A DNA stretch of 64,000 nt. Origin: Eledone cirrhosa (lineage: Eukaryota). Below, piece after piece: positions 38,480-53,576 of this stretch. The stretch is from assembly GCA_964016885.1 (NCBI GenBank), contig OZ024764.1, positions 23,436,001 through 23,500,000 of the forward strand, given 5' to 3'. Numbering within the stretch: position 1 is the stretch's first letter; each line of letters starts with the position of its first letter. The notes below the pieces were generated by a model. The model was not told the origin of the DNA, made no database searches, and saw only the letters and a program-made list of their open reading frames with translations. A program made the translations under genes and the position numbers.

Positions 38480-41135
38480 GAGGCCTGTTGGTGAGGACAA
38501 GCTGGAAGTGATGACATCTTTCTGCTACCTGTGTGACATGTCAGCTGGAAGTGGAGCCAAGTTCACTGCCATCGTGCTGTGCCACTCCACAGGTAACAAG
38601 TTTAGGCAGCTTCTCCTAATCCTCAAGACATGCTGGCTACCATTAGACACCATGGGGCAGGTTTATAACACCTGTGGGAGAAGTGTGTTGTTTCATGCCA
38701 GCGAGACCTGGGCCATGTTATCTGACTGTCTGAATTGACTCTGAAGAAATGACAGAGCTATGATCCACTGGATGTCTAGTGTGACCATTGAGGATGATGT
38801 CAGCTCAACTGAGCTCCTAAAAAAACTGCTGATCGACAACCTCAAGGATGTGTTTCACAGGAGACACATGCACTGGTATGGCCATGTTGTGCATTCTCTC
38901 TCAACTCATCTATGCTTGGTCGTTGATGCACATTGACATTGCACATCCAACGGAGCATACTTGCTTCATTTTTCTCCAGCCGTTGCATATCCTCTGCAGT
39001 TGCTGTCCGTGTCTCACTACCGTGCAGCATCACACATCTCATGCAGGCATCACCAGCCATTCGTTCTTAGAGAGAAACCCTTCTTTGTCAACAGAGGAAG
39101 CAGCTCCCTAAACTTCTTCCAACCCGTCCTTATTCTAGATACTATGGCCTCTGGGCACCCTCCTCCCATGCTAATTTGATCACCTAGATACCGGAAGCTA
39201 TCAACCACTTCTATAGAACCTACCTGCATTTGAAAAATGTGTCTATCACTGCGACTTCTACCGTCAAATTTCCCTGTACATCTACTACATATGTATTTTT
39301 CCCTACCTGATAGTTTACCTGCTATCCCACTACATTTCTTGTGTACCCAAAATCTGCATTGTGTACATTATAGAATTTATGCCAGTTCCTTTTCTACATA
39401 TTGAACAAGGCCATTTCCCTGATGGAATGACAGTTTTGTCCTCTTTTCTACTCATCAACACTTTAGTCTTAGCTAGGTTCACTCTCAGTCCTCTTGATTC
39501 CAACTGCTGTTGCAATAGCCAGAATTTATTCTCTAGCTCCTCTACTGATTCTGCTATAAGAACCATATCGTCAGCATAGAGAACTTCCCATGGGCACCTA
39601 GTCTTAAACTCCTCTGTTATGACTTGGAGGACTATAATGAACAAGAGCGGGCTGAGGACCGAACCCTGATGTACTCCTGCATCTGTAATTCCTCACTAAA
39701 CTCCATGCCTACCCTCACTTTACTGACAGCACCTCTGTACATAGCTTGCACTGACTTCACAAACTATTCCTCTACACCTAGTTTCCTTAGGGTTCACCAG
39801 ATGACAGATTGGGGTACTCTATCAAAGGCCTTCTCTAGGTCAACAAAAACTAAGTATAGTGGTTTTCTTCTCTAAGAACCTCTCTTGTAGTTGTCTCACT
39901 AAGAAGAGGGCATCTGTTTGACTCTTTCTCTAAGTTGCGCTAGTATTCTTTCTGTCACTTTCATAACCTGATCCATCAGTTTTATACCCCTATAATTACT
40001 CCCCTCCAGAACATCCCCTTTACCTTTACCTCAATTTATGAGAATACTGCTGCACCAGTCTTTGGGTATGACACCACCATATATAGCTTGATTAATGATG
40101 CATTCAACCAGTTTAATTCCTACTTCTCTTGATGCCTTCAGTATCTCAGCAACTAACCCCAACAGTCCAGCGGACTTACCATTTTTCATTTCCTTAATTG
40201 GACCCTATAGTCGTCAATCTCAATAGCTGGTCCTTCTGTTGGGTCTACTGAAGGTAGCTCCCCTCCTATTCATTCTCCACATTCATCAGTCTCTCATAAT
40301 GACATTTCCAGGCCTTCTTTTTTTTGAGAATCAGTGACACTAAGTGCACCAACATCCTGATTTACACTGACACACTGCCTTGCAATGTGGATCACCGCAC
40401 ATCTCTGATCTCCCCATCGCAGGACATTGGCAAACCTTCTACTCTCAGCTTCCCTGCATGTTAAGTAGGCCTGACATCTAGCTTCTCTCTTAGCGGCTGT
40501 GAATCGGTCTCTACCTCTACCATTTTTCCAAGCCTTTTGTCTCTAATGGCTCTATCTACCGTGCTGTTCCACCACCAGGCCACCCTCTGTCTGGTTGGAG
40601 CTCTGCTCCAGCCACAAGTTTCTTCAGTAACCTGCAGTAAGTTGTCACGTAAGAAATTCCAGTTATCATCTATGGCATATGACTCTAAATCGTCTTCTTT
40701 TTCGTCATACACATCTTGAAGGGCTTTCCTAAATTTATATTTTAGTGAAAGGTCTTTTAGTTTCCAGTCCTTCCTTTTTTAAACCTTCTTGTATGTCTCT
40801 CTTTGTCTCTTGCTTACTGAGATGTCACTAACGACTAACCTATGTTGGGAGGTTACATTGTTCCCTGGGGTATGCCTTAGTATTTGACACCATCTGTCTC
40901 TCTTGCTACTTAACTAGCAAGAAGTCAATCTGTCTCATGTGCTCACCTGATTGGTAGGTTATTAGGTGGTTGGTAGGTTTCTTGAAGTGTTGCAAATGGT
41001 TAGTTCACTTGCATCACAAAATACAAGAAGCCTCACTCCTTCTTCATTTCTTGAGCATGACCACCATGTATCCCAGTATATCCATCCTCGAACTGTCCAA
41101 CATGACCATTGAAGTCCCCTGCTATTATAACTAGG
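38480..41135 (-). mobile_element. RTE LINE fragments (plus-strand piece to ~38890, then minus strand)
   Basis: Paralog of 6430-8960. Confidence 0.85.
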
Positions 41136-41228
41136 TCTCAAAATCTCATAGATTTGATATTATGAGAGATAAAGCATTTACTGTGAAAATATAATAGTAT
41201 ATATAGAGTAATGTGAATACTAAAGGGT

Positions 41229-41370
41229 TAATCTGATGTCACTAATAACTACTTTTATCTGTCAGTTTATTCTAATGTCACTAATAACTACTTTTATCAG
41301 TCAGTTTAATCTAATGTCACTAATAACTACTTTTATCAATCAGTATAATCTACTACCACTAATAACTAAC
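41229..41370 (+). repeat. 39-bp minisatellite (~3.5 copies)
   Basis: Same unit as at 9121. Confidence 0.88.
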
Positions 41371-41705
41371 CTATGTTAGTCAGCACATTCTTCACCAAAG
41401 AAGGCCTTAGTATTTATTACAGTCCATTTATCAATATAGAAATATTATAGGAAATTTGTACTGATGTATTACAAGTTTCTGAGTATCTTATAATGTTCTT
41501 TTATTATTTCAGAATACCAGAGGACATTGGCATTAAAGAGCACGTTACATCAGACATATCCTCAACATTAACCATTTCTAATGAAAGACACTAACCATCA
41601 TTTTCAAATAATTTTGAAAACACTCAACACTTTGAAGTGATTTAGTAATATAACTAAATTTCTCAGTATTAAGCTGTGAATTATGTGAGAAACTGAGGTG
41701 ATTGA

Positions 41706-42839
<1,134 letters not shown>

Positions 42840-43782
42840 CTGTGTCAATATCAAACTCATTACATCATACTACAACAACAATTGTGTAGATCCATCATTC
42901 TTGCTTAAACTGGGGTCAACCTTGTAGGTTTTACCTATGACAGGGATCATAAAACCAGTTTTCCATTTTTGAAGCAGTGTTTGAAGATTTTGTGTAAATT
43001 AAAGTTTTACTCTTTAAACTTTCATTTATTATACTTTAACAGGTAAGATATATATTTGTATTTTTAGTAAAGGTTGGGAACTTCTGTAATTTAAACCTGC
43101 CAATAAAATGAAAACTTTTGTTGTTAGTCAGACATTGATATTAATTCTATTGTCCTGTACATTGTCTCAAATATCACAGATTAAACAGATTTTAACAATA
43201 ACAACAGAAATCAATAACTTGTAAGCCTAATATCTAGCTTCCATTTTAACTATTTGATATTGTTGTTCCTCTCCTGTCTCTTCAGGTCTTTTAGATTTCA
43301 ACTTCTATCTACTGTACTATTCCATCACCAAGGCAACATTCATCTGGCTGGCAGCTTACATCAACTACAGATCTCCAACCCTTCTTTCTGCAGATAGTCT
43401 TGTATCTGTCAGTCCCTCTATATCTTATATTTAACAGGGAGATCTTTTACTCTCCAACCCTTCTATCTCCAGATAGTCTTGTATCTGTCAGTCCCTCTAG
43501 ATATTACACCTAGTATCTAGTCTATGTTGAGTGGTACGTCCTTCTCCAGTAAAGGAGTTAATATTCCCAACCATCTGTCTATCCTGTTTTCTGATGAGAA
43601 TGAAGTCAATCTAGTTTATCTCTTCACCTGATTGAAGTAACTAGATCAAGTAACTAGATGCTTTCCTGTAAGTTAGTGTTGCAGTGTAAGGTTTATATCT
43701 ATTAATATAGAGATGTAGTAAAGTTTTCACTGTTGTATCTCTACTTTCTAAATATCTTAATAATGTTTCTCTACTATTTCAG

Positions 43783-44155
43783 AATATCACATGACCTTGA
43801 CAGAAAAGAGTCTTTTAAAGACAACAGAAAGATGTTACATACAAGTGATATAAACTTGTTTAGTCTGTGGTGAATTATGGTGAAATATTTCTTCTGAATT
43901 GAGATAAATAACAACATTTTCCTTTTTCACTGTCTGGAATATTTACAAGATGATTTTACATTCTGATTAAACTTTGGATATTTACAAAGGAGTTTTCAAA
44001 ATATTTGGATATTGACAAAGATCACATTTGATAAAATTATGAACAATAGAAATATTTACATCAACATAGGAATATTTTCCAGAAGAGATGGGAAAATCAT
44101 TATACCACTGTAATATTTGTGGTAAAGTATTCTCTCTTCTTTATATGTAGAACAT
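43783..44155 (+). pseudogene. Relic ZNF exon, unit C
   Basis: Paralog of 12257-12620. Confidence 0.6.
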
Positions 44156-44278
44156 CTAACTAAACACTTTAACTAACAAACTATTGTGCTATAGAATTGA
44201 CAAACTTGAGGAATCTTTAATAAATGTTACAAATTTTTCCAAACTGTCATTTACTAACTTTAATTTGAAGCTATATTA

Positions 44279-44673
44279 TCTATATACTACTAAAACTCTG
44301 TGATTGTGTCTTGTCTGTAATTTAATACAGCTAAAACAGTGCATAATGGGGAAATACTTTGAAAAGAATAAAACAAGTTTTGTATAAAATGGAGCACAGG
44401 TTCCCAAGATACGGGGTTTTCTGGGTACCTTCATAAATATAGGGAGAGAAAGAGATAGTGGTTGTGAGAGTGAGGAGACAGATGGAAGAGGGAGGGAGAG
44501 AGAGAGCTGCTGGTGTTGTTTAATAAAATGTGTGCGTATATATATATACATATGTGTCTATATATATATATATGTCTGTATATTTTAACTACTTGAAAAT
44601 TATTTTTAAGTGAACATGATTTTAAAATAATAGTTTTAAGGGAACGTGACCCAACAGGTCGCGGGTGGTCTAG
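44279..44673 (+). mobile_element. Non-autonomous Helitron-like element
   Basis: A|TC...CTAG|T termini. Confidence 0.75.
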
Positions 44674-45079
44674 TTTGTTACTAAATACTAGATATTAGAG
44701 GGTCATGTTGTTCTAGATGTGCTGGAAGAGCCATTCCATCTCGTGAGGCTCACACCAGCAGCTAGCCACCTCAGCACCTATGGTGGTATATTTATTATAT
44801 TATTTATTCTTTATCATTAACATTAATATAAAAGATAATTATATATTTTTAGAGAAGAACCTCTAATTTTATATAGCTTAGGGCTTCAGTAGGTAAAAGT
44901 CTGGCCCTGCTTGTCTTGTATTTTTTAGGGGAGAAGTTAGGGAATACTGTTATTGTGTGAAAGTTTTCTAAATCTTCTTCAGCCACTAACATGGAGAAGA
45001 TATTTCAGTAAGAAGGTTCACATCCTGACATCTATAGCTGTTAACAATGAGATTGGAATTCATTATTAAACAAATGCTA

Positions 45080-45945
45080 TATCATCATCACTGTTTAACA
45101 TCAGTTTTTTCACTCTGGCATGGGTTAGACGAGTTATCCTGTTGTAAGCAATGCCAGGTCAGGTGACCACGTGTTGCTCCTACAGAACAAATTTTGGATT
45201 GGTTTCTACAGCTGGATGCCCTTCCTAGTACCAACCTTATTTACATTAAGTACTGGGTGCATTTTACCATCTTACCATCATGACCACTTTACAGTGTGCG
45301 CTGGGTGCTTTTTGTTGTGACACCTACATGACCAATTTACAGTGTGGGCTGGGTGCTTTTTGTTGTGACACCTACATGACCAATTTACAGTGTGCGCTGG
45401 GTGCTTTTTGTTGTGACACCTACATGACCAATTTACAGTGTGGGCTGGGTGCTTTTTGTTGTGACACCTACATGACCACTTTACAGTTTGGACTGGGTGC
45501 TTTTTGTCGTGAAACCTACATGACCACTTTATAGTGTGGACTGGGTACTTTTTGTTGTGACACCAACATGACCATTTTAAAGTTTTGGCTGGGTACTTTT
45601 TGTTGTCACCTACATGACCACTTTACAGTGTGGGCTGGGAGCTTTTTGCTGTGACACCTACGCAACCGCTTTATAGTGTGGGCTGGTTTCTTTTTGTCAT
45701 ATCACCTACATGACCAGTTTATAGTATTGGCTGTGTGTTCTTTACAGTGTGTGCTGGTTTCTTTTTGTCATATCTCCTACATGACCACTTTATAATGTTT
45801 ACTGTGTGTTCTTTGCAGTGTGGGTTGGGTGCTTTTTGTCATATCACCTACATGACCACCTTATAATGTTGACTGTGTGTTCTCTACAGTGTGGGTTGGG
45901 TGCTTTTTGTCATATCACCTACCCAACCACTTTGCAGTATGGGCA
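45080..45945 (-). repeat. RTE 3'UTR remnant plus 48-bp minisatellite (about a dozen units, some degenerate)
   Basis: Paralog of 30468-30945. Confidence 0.85.
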
Positions 45946-46756
45946 GTGAAATATCAGTAATGCACCAGCTCCAATATTCAGTAATCAGAAGAAGGGAGGT
46001 AGGCATAAAAGCCAAACTTGCTGTCTTCAATTAGGTTTTTGTGCCAACCCTTACCTATGGTCACATATCTTGGGTAATGACCAAAAGAATATGATTGGGA
46101 ATACAAATGGCAGATATGGGATTCCTCTGAAGGGTCTTTGAAGGAACTTTTCTCAATAAAGTGCATAGCTCTGAGATCAGAGAGTCACTCCAGGTGGAGC
46201 TGTTACTTCTCCTAATTGAGAGATCACAGCTGCAATACTATGGCCATGTGGTTAGAATGTCTGAGGAAAGAATCACTGGATAGATTTTACAGGCAAAACT
46301 AACCGGCAGGAGACCCAGGGGTAGACCTGAGCAAGATGGTCACATAACATCCATGAGCCTGGCTGGTCTCTCTGGGAGATCCAGCCAGACCAGTTGGAGT
46401 GGGTTGCTTCTGACAGGACCTGTTGGAGGGAGTGTTTGAGGACTCTGCCCCCAAGACCCTCTCTGCAATAAGAAGAGCTTGAGGTTACAAAATCAACATC
46501 AGATTTCCCTGCTAGCAAGGGTTTAATGAGTCTACTTCAACCAAGTAAGTACTAAAGTGAGGCTACTGATCTCCCAGACAGACCAAGGATCTGAGACTTA
46601 TTTACATAAGGTCTCATTTGCTACTGAGTGCACAGAAAAGGTTGTCATGATTGAAGGGTTCTCCGACACTATTGTCGGGCAAGCTTTCTATGGCTAGATG
46701 TCCTTCACATGACCAACCACATTACAGCCTGTGTTGGGTGTGTTTATCATGTAGGT

Positions 46757-49123
46757 GAGACATAACAAACTGAGGGTTCCCCAAGGGCCACATAGGTCAC
46801 ATGTGTTGTCTGAGGGTTGCACACTACAACTAATTATGTACACGACAACTAATTAGTCATTTAATAAAATATATTGCAGAAAGATTTGTTACTTAAATTT
46901 AGAAACATACAATGTACATACAAATATCTTAGCAGCATTCATGAATACAAAGTAATGAAGTAGTTTGACAAAAAACTAAAATTTCACATGTCAACATATA
47001 CTTGCAGATTGTAACAGCAACAAATACATTGTACACAAATAACAACAGTTGAAAACTGAACATTTATTTGCTACTATTCAACTATTTTTAGTGTTTTGTC
47101 CTGAGGCTTGACAATTCTTTCTGTTGACTATGTTTGGTATGTCTGGCTGAAATGTCTGTACAGTTCCAACTTTAATCAGATGACAAGTGTTGATCAGTCA
47201 GCCTTGTTGTCTGAGAAGTTTTTGTTAATTTATTAAGGAAAATAACTGTCCACTCACATAGTTAGAACCAGACATTGCCATAATCTTTGTGACAAACTTT
47301 CTGATGTTAATAAACTTTTCAGGAAGGTATGAAAAGAAACCAGGTATCCCCACTACAAAATACTTTTTTCTGAGTGTAGAATCTGACTGCATTTCCAATA
47401 GTTCCATCTGCAGGCATTCTTCTGCCTTCATCAAAGGTGAATGGTGCTGAGAATAATGTAAACTGATGTTCAAAAAATGAGAAATCACAAAATCTTTCTT
47501 GAAATTTCTTTAACAACAATTCCAGCTGACTGTCATACTTAACTAAGCTAAATACAGACTCAGTATTGGCAGTGTTTTTCAGTTCTTTGCACATAGGAAA
47601 ATGAACTAAATTTTCAGCTGACGACGGAGATTTCCATAAGCTTAGTTTTCTAATGAAGCACTTGATGTCATCATTCAACTGATTGATGGGTTTGTTTTAA
47701 CCTTGTAATTTCAAATTAAGATCAGTTAATTGTGCAGTAATATCCACAACAAACCAGATGTTGGAGCCAACTTTCATCTTTTATTTCATCTGTGTTTTAA
47801 CCTTTTCTCTCCAAAAACGTAATTATTTGTTGTCTCAACAAATAGAATCTTTTCAGCACTTTGTGACATGTCAACCAGCAGACTTCTGTGTAGAATGGAA
47901 CATCAGCGAACTGATTATCCATATCTTCCAACAACTGGCTGAACTGACGGTGGTTGAGAGCACGGCCTCTGATTTAGTTCACTGTCTTTGTGACCAAGCT
48001 AAGCACATGATGCAATTTTAAAATCTTTGAACATAAATTTTGTTGATGAATAATACAGTGAAAATGTGCAAATGATGAATCTAGATATGAGTTTTCTATT
48101 TTTGTTTGTAACTTGGCAGCAACACCATTATGTCTACCAACCATATTTGCAGCACTGTCAGTAGATAAACATGCAAGTTTACTCAGATCAAAACCATGCA
48201 GACCCTGCTTGACCTTCTCAAAGATGTCCTGGCTTGTTATAGTGTCATGCATGGGGACCAGTTCAATCAGTTCTTCATAAATATTAAATTCACAGTCACA
48301 GGCCCTGGTGAAGAATGCAAGCTGTACTATTCCTGTGATGTCAACAGTCTCATCAATAGCAATAGAAACATGTTCAAACCTTGATGATACAGCCTTTAAC
48401 TGTTGTTTCAGATCACCTGACATTTCATTAATCTGTTCAGTAACAGTGTTCCTGATTAATGAAATGTCTTTGAATAACTCTGCTTTCTCTGGACAATTTC
48501 AGCTGTTTTTACAAGACATTGCTTTACAAAATCTCCTTCACTGTAAGATTTCCCACTCATGGCAATCATTTGACTGAGTTCATAGCTTGCAGTAACAGAA
48601 GTGACATCCTCTTCCTGAATTAACATAAAACAGGTCTGTTGCTGTGTCAAGTTAGACTTCAATTCCTTGAGTCTTGAAACACACATTGGGCCTTCATATT
48701 TATCGTAAGATCGACGGTTTGTTTCATAATGTCTTTTTAAATTGTACTCTTTTGTCGTGGAGATGTAGTTGTTGCAAATTAAACAGTGTATCTTTCTGTT
48801 CACCATTGGGCAAAAATACTGTAATTCCCACTTTTCTTGAAACACTTGCCCTTCTTCGTTCACTTTCCTTTTTCTCTTAGCTGGAGGAGCACTAACCATT
48901 TCAAAAACGAAATCATTTGAAATTTTGAAAGAAAGTTTTCTGTTAATGAGCTGCACGTGATTAATGGAAGTTAAAAGTAGTTGACAAAAATTGCACCAAA
49001 AAAAATAATTGTATCGAAAATGTTTTAAATTTTATATTACGAAAATGAAACATGGTCGCACTGTAAAAACCTTTGTGTGGGCCGCAGGTTTGCTTGCAAA
49101 GGGCCGCATGTTTGACATGTCTG
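46757..49123 (-). mobile_element. Buster/SPIN-type hAT transposon, decayed
   Basis: Perfect 8-bp TSD ATGTAGGT (46749-46756 and 49124-49131) with central TA; transposase fragments at 47225-48956. Confidence 0.92.
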
Positions 49124-49279
49124 ATGTAGGTTACCAACACTAGGGAGGGCAGCATGTCCATCAGTGTCTTCTGCTACATTAACTACCAGGAGATCACCAC
49201 ATGAGTCAAAGACTACATTTCAAAGAAGGGTCATAAAAGAACTAAATACGAAAGTCCTCACAGCAAAAAGCAAATTATT

Positions 49280-49677
49280 GAGCTTTGGGTCTAGGTTAAG
49301 GGGGCAGAAGTGCTGCGTCCTGTGGATAAGACTGCAAAAGTATTCGCCCCGGACGATGGACAGTTACAGCCACCCCAACCTCATGGGCCTCCCTCTTCAG
49401 AAGGGCCACCAACGTACTGATCTTAGAGAGGAACTTGGCAGTACGGGGTCCAAATACTTCTGAGGTCTCAATGGTGACCAGTGTGAAGAGACCTACAAAT
49501 GATGTCATCCCAGTTATGTTGGACTGTAATATACTGGGGTTTAGAGAGACCTTAACCTGTCTCAGCCAAGTCACCCAGGGTTGTGTCATCTAGGTACCAG
49601 ACAGGGGTAACTAGACCATGTTGTCAACTGTCACCACCAATAGGAGTGAGGCGAGTGGGTCCCCTTGCTAGACACCA
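49280..49677 (-). mobile_element. Older CRE-like fragment
   Basis: Paralog of 33960-34375. Confidence 0.6.
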
Positions 49678-49817
49678 TATATAAAAACGTATTTGCTAAT
49701 TACTTTAATGAATAATTTGTTTCATATGTAATTATTACTTTTAACACAATAGGATTTTGTACACGTGTTTGTTTGAAAACATCTTTCAAAGAAGTATGAG
49801 ACAGTCTTTTGTAGTCT

Positions 49818-49910
49818 TCTGGAGTTGCGACCGATAGATAGTATTAGCAATTGGAAAGACCAATGGAAACATTGTTTCCTCGGTCCGATTTGACGAAAAG
49901 TCGATCGTAA
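49818..49910 (+). mobile_element. SINE 3' portion
   Basis: Matches 34745-34830; the head has been removed by deletion. Confidence 0.6.
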
Positions 49911-49947
49911 AAAAAATATATATATTTATATATATATATATATATAA

Positions 49948-50637
49948 GGTGGAAGACTTATGTAGATTAGAGAGAAACGAAGCCTGCATGCTCCGATGGA
50001 TGTGTAACAGTAATATACGTGAACGACAAAGCATAAAGGAATTGAGAGAGAGACTGAGCATAAGAGGAATCAAATGCTGCGTGCAGGAGAGGCGGTTACG
50101 CTGGTATGGACATGTGATGCGTATGAAGGATGACAGCTGCATAAAAAGGTGCAGAGCACTAGAAGTTGATGGAAACCGCGGAGTGGGGAGACCCAAGATG
50201 ACTTGGGATGAGGTGATAAAAGCCGACCTTACCCAACTACACCTCTCAAAGTCAATGACACACGACCATGACTTCTGGCGTCACGCAGTAATACAGGGTA
50301 CCCGACCTCCCATGGGTACATGCTGAAGCATATAAACAATATGCCCCCACTCCCCCCACCGCAAGGTGGTCGTGGAGGTGCCACGGCGAAAAAGCACCCA
50401 GCCCACACTGTAAAGTGGACGTGTAGGCGCCACGAAAAAGCACCCAGCACTCACTGTAAATGAGGTTGGTGTTAGGAAGGGCATCCAGCTGTAGAAATCA
50501 AGCCAGATCAGTTCCTGTATGAGCAAGGCATGGTCAGCCGACCAGACACTGCCCACAACAGGACAACCCGTCTAACCCATGCTAGCGTGGAAGAACGGAC
50601 GTAAAACGGTGATGATGATGATGATGATGATGATGAT
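49948..50637 (+). mobile_element. RTE LINE 3' end inserted in (TA)n
   Basis: RLERNEACMLRWMC...RRLRWYGHVMRM...GRPKMTW ORF fragment, 3'UTR and (GAT)n tail; absent at the homologous site ~34845. Confidence 0.88.
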
Positions 50638-50972
50638 ATATAGAGAGATAGAGAAACACACAAACGTACACTACTGTAAAACACATGTAAGGGGAGACAA
50701 TTCTCGTTACATTCCCCCTTCTTTTTGATATACGTTCTTTATATGTTTTGTACAATGGAACCTGCTTTATTTTGTGTCCTAAGTAAATTTCTGTTTAAGT
50801 ATTTACGAGATTCACAATGATTAACGTAACCAAGTTACTTACATAGAGATATATTTCACATAGAATCACAACAAATGAAAATATTAAGTCAACACTCTGT
50901 CAATCAGTCTCACATCACATGGGTTGCCGGAGTCTCCCTCTAATACTTTCTGAGGCAGTCTTACCTCGAGTG

Positions 50973-51118
50973 AGATCTTTTACTGTCCCTATCCTTTTCT
51001 CTAGGTTGTCTTGTACCTCTCACAGTCCCTCTAGATGTTATGTTAAACAGGGAGATCTTTTACTCTCCAACCCTTCTATCTCCAGATAGTCTTGTATCTA
51101 TCAGTCCCTCTAGATATT
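50973..51118 (+). repeat. 82-bp minisatellite remnant at a deletion junction
   Basis: Directly abuts promoter-upstream sequence. Confidence 0.8.
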
Positions 51119-51409
51119 ACACCTAGTATCTAGTCTATGTTGAGTCGCACGTCCTTCTCCAGTAAAGGAGTTAATATTCCCAACCATCTGTCTATCCTGT
51201 TTTCTGATGAGAATGAAGTCAATCTAGTTTATCTCTTCACCTGATTGAAGTAACTAGATCAAGTAACTAGATGTTTTCCTGTAAGTTAGTGTGGCAGTGT
51301 TTGTGTCACCATGTAAGGTTTATATCTATTAATATAGAGATGTAGTAAAGTTTTCACTGTTGTATCTCTACTTTCTAAATATCTTAATAATGTTTCTCTA
51401 CTATTTCAG

Positions 51410-51785
51410 AATATCACATGACCTTGACAGAAAAGAGTCTTTTAAAGACAACAGAAAGATGTTACATACAAGTGATATAAACTTGTTTAGTCTGTGGTGA
51501 ATTATGGTGAAATATTTCTTCTGAATTGAGATAAATAACAACATTTTCCTTTTTCACTGTCTGGAATATTTACAAGATGATTTTACATTCTGATTAAACT
51601 TTGGATATTTACAAAGGAGTTTTCAAAATATTTGGATATTGACAAAGATCACATTTGATAAAATTATGAACAATAGAAATATTTACATCAACATAGGAAT
51701 ATTTTCCAGAAGAGATGGGAAAATCATTATACCACTGTAATATTTGTGGTAAAGTATTCTCTCTTCTTCATATGTAGAACATCTA
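51410..51785 (+). pseudogene. Relic ZNF exon, unit D
   Basis: Paralog of 12257-12620. Confidence 0.6.
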
Positions 51786-51905
51786 ACTAAACACTTTAAC
51801 TAACAAACTATTGTGCTATAGAATTGACAAACTTGAGGAATGTTTAATAAATGTTACAGATTTCTCCAAACTGTCATTTACTAACTTTAATTTGAAGCTA
51901 TATTA

Positions 51906-52122
51906 TCTATATACTACTAAAACTCTGTGATTGTGTCTTGTCCGTAATTTAATACAGCTAAAACAGTGCATAATGGGAATTACTTTGAAAAGAATAAAAC
52001 AAGTTTTGTATAAAATGGAGCACAGGTTCCCAAGATACGGGGTTTTCTGGGTACCTTCATAAATATAGGGAAAGAAAGAGATAGTGGTTGTGAGAGAGTG
52101 GGAGCTGATGGTGTTGTTTAAT

Positions 52123-52162
<40 letters not shown>

Positions 52163-52257
52163 CGTATGTGTATATTTTAACTATTTAAAAATTATTTTTA
52201 AATAACTTAAAAGATAATTTTAAGGCAACGTGACCCAACAGGTCCCGGGTGGTCTAG
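51906..52257 (+). mobile_element. Non-autonomous Helitron-like element
   Basis: A|TC...CTAG|T termini. Confidence 0.75.
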
Positions 52258-52661
52258 TTTGTAACTAAATACTAGATATTAGAGGGTCATGTTCTAGATG
52301 TGCTGGAAGAGCTATTCCATCTTGTGAGGTTCACAGATGCAGCTAGCCACCTCAGCACCTATGGTGGTATATTTATTATATTATTTATTCTTTATCATTA
52401 ACATTAATATAAAAGATAATTATATATTTTTAGAAAAGAACCTCTAACTTCATATAATTTAGGGCTTCAGTAGGTAAAAGTCTGGCCCTGCTTGTCTTGT
52501 ATTTTTTAGGGGAGAAGTTAGGGAATACTGTTATTGTGTGAAAGTTTTCTAAATCTTCTTCAGCCACTAACATGGAGAAGATATTTCAGTAAGAAGGTTC
52601 ACATCCTGACATCTATAGCTGGTAACAATGAGATTGGAATTCATTATTAAACAAATGTTAT

Positions 52662-53450
52662 ACCATCATCACTGTTTTACATCATTTTTTCCACGCTGGC
52701 ATGGGTTAGACGAGTTATCCTGTTGTAAGCAATGCCAGGTCAGGTGACCACGTCTTGCTCCTACTGAACCAATTTTGGTTTGGTTTCTACAGCTGGATGA
52801 CCTTCCTAGCACCAACCTTATTTACATTAAGTACTGGGTGCTTTTTGTCGTGACACCTACATGACCACTTTACAGTGTGGACTGGGTGCTTTTTAACATC
52901 TCACCATGATGACCACTTTACATTGACTACTGGGTGCTTTTTGTCTCGACACCTACATGACCACTTTACAGTGTGGACTGGGTGCTTTTTGTTGTGACAC
53001 CTACATGACCACTTTACAGTGTGGTCTGGGTGCTTTTTGTTGTGACACCTACATGACCACTTTACAGTGTGGACTGGGTGCTTTTTGTTGTGACACCTAC
53101 ATGACCACTTTACAGTGTGGACCGGGTGCTTTTTGTTGTGACACCTACATGACCACTTTACAGTGTGGTCTGGGTGCTTTTTGTTGTGACACCTACATGA
53201 CCACTTTACAGTGTGGACTGGGTGCTTTTTGTTGTGACACCTACATGACCACTTTACAGTGTGGACTGGGTACTTTTTGTCGTGACACCTACATGACCAC
53301 TTTACCATGTGGACTGGGTACTTTTTGTTGTGACACATACATACATACACACACATATACATACATTTATAATATAACCATACATGACCACTATACAGTG
53401 TGGACTGGGTACTTTTTGTCATGACACCTACACAACCTCTTTACAGTGTT
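52662..53450 (-). repeat. RTE 3'UTR remnant plus homogeneous 48-bp minisatellite
   Basis: Source of the (MTTLQCGLGAFCCDTY)n spurious ORF. Confidence 0.9.
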
Positions 53451-53576
53451 GGCAGTGAAATATCTAATGCACCAGCTTCAGTAATCAGAAGATCGCTGTT
53501 TTCTATATTATAATTTTATAATATACATATAAACACACATACAAACACACATATATATATACAGTATATATATATA

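Noticed and set aside
52901-53424. Cys-rich repetitive ORFs on both strands, or a CRISPR-like array
   Set aside because: A 48-bp tandem minisatellite with no unique spacers and no cas genes. The period is a multiple of 3, which explains the ORFs.
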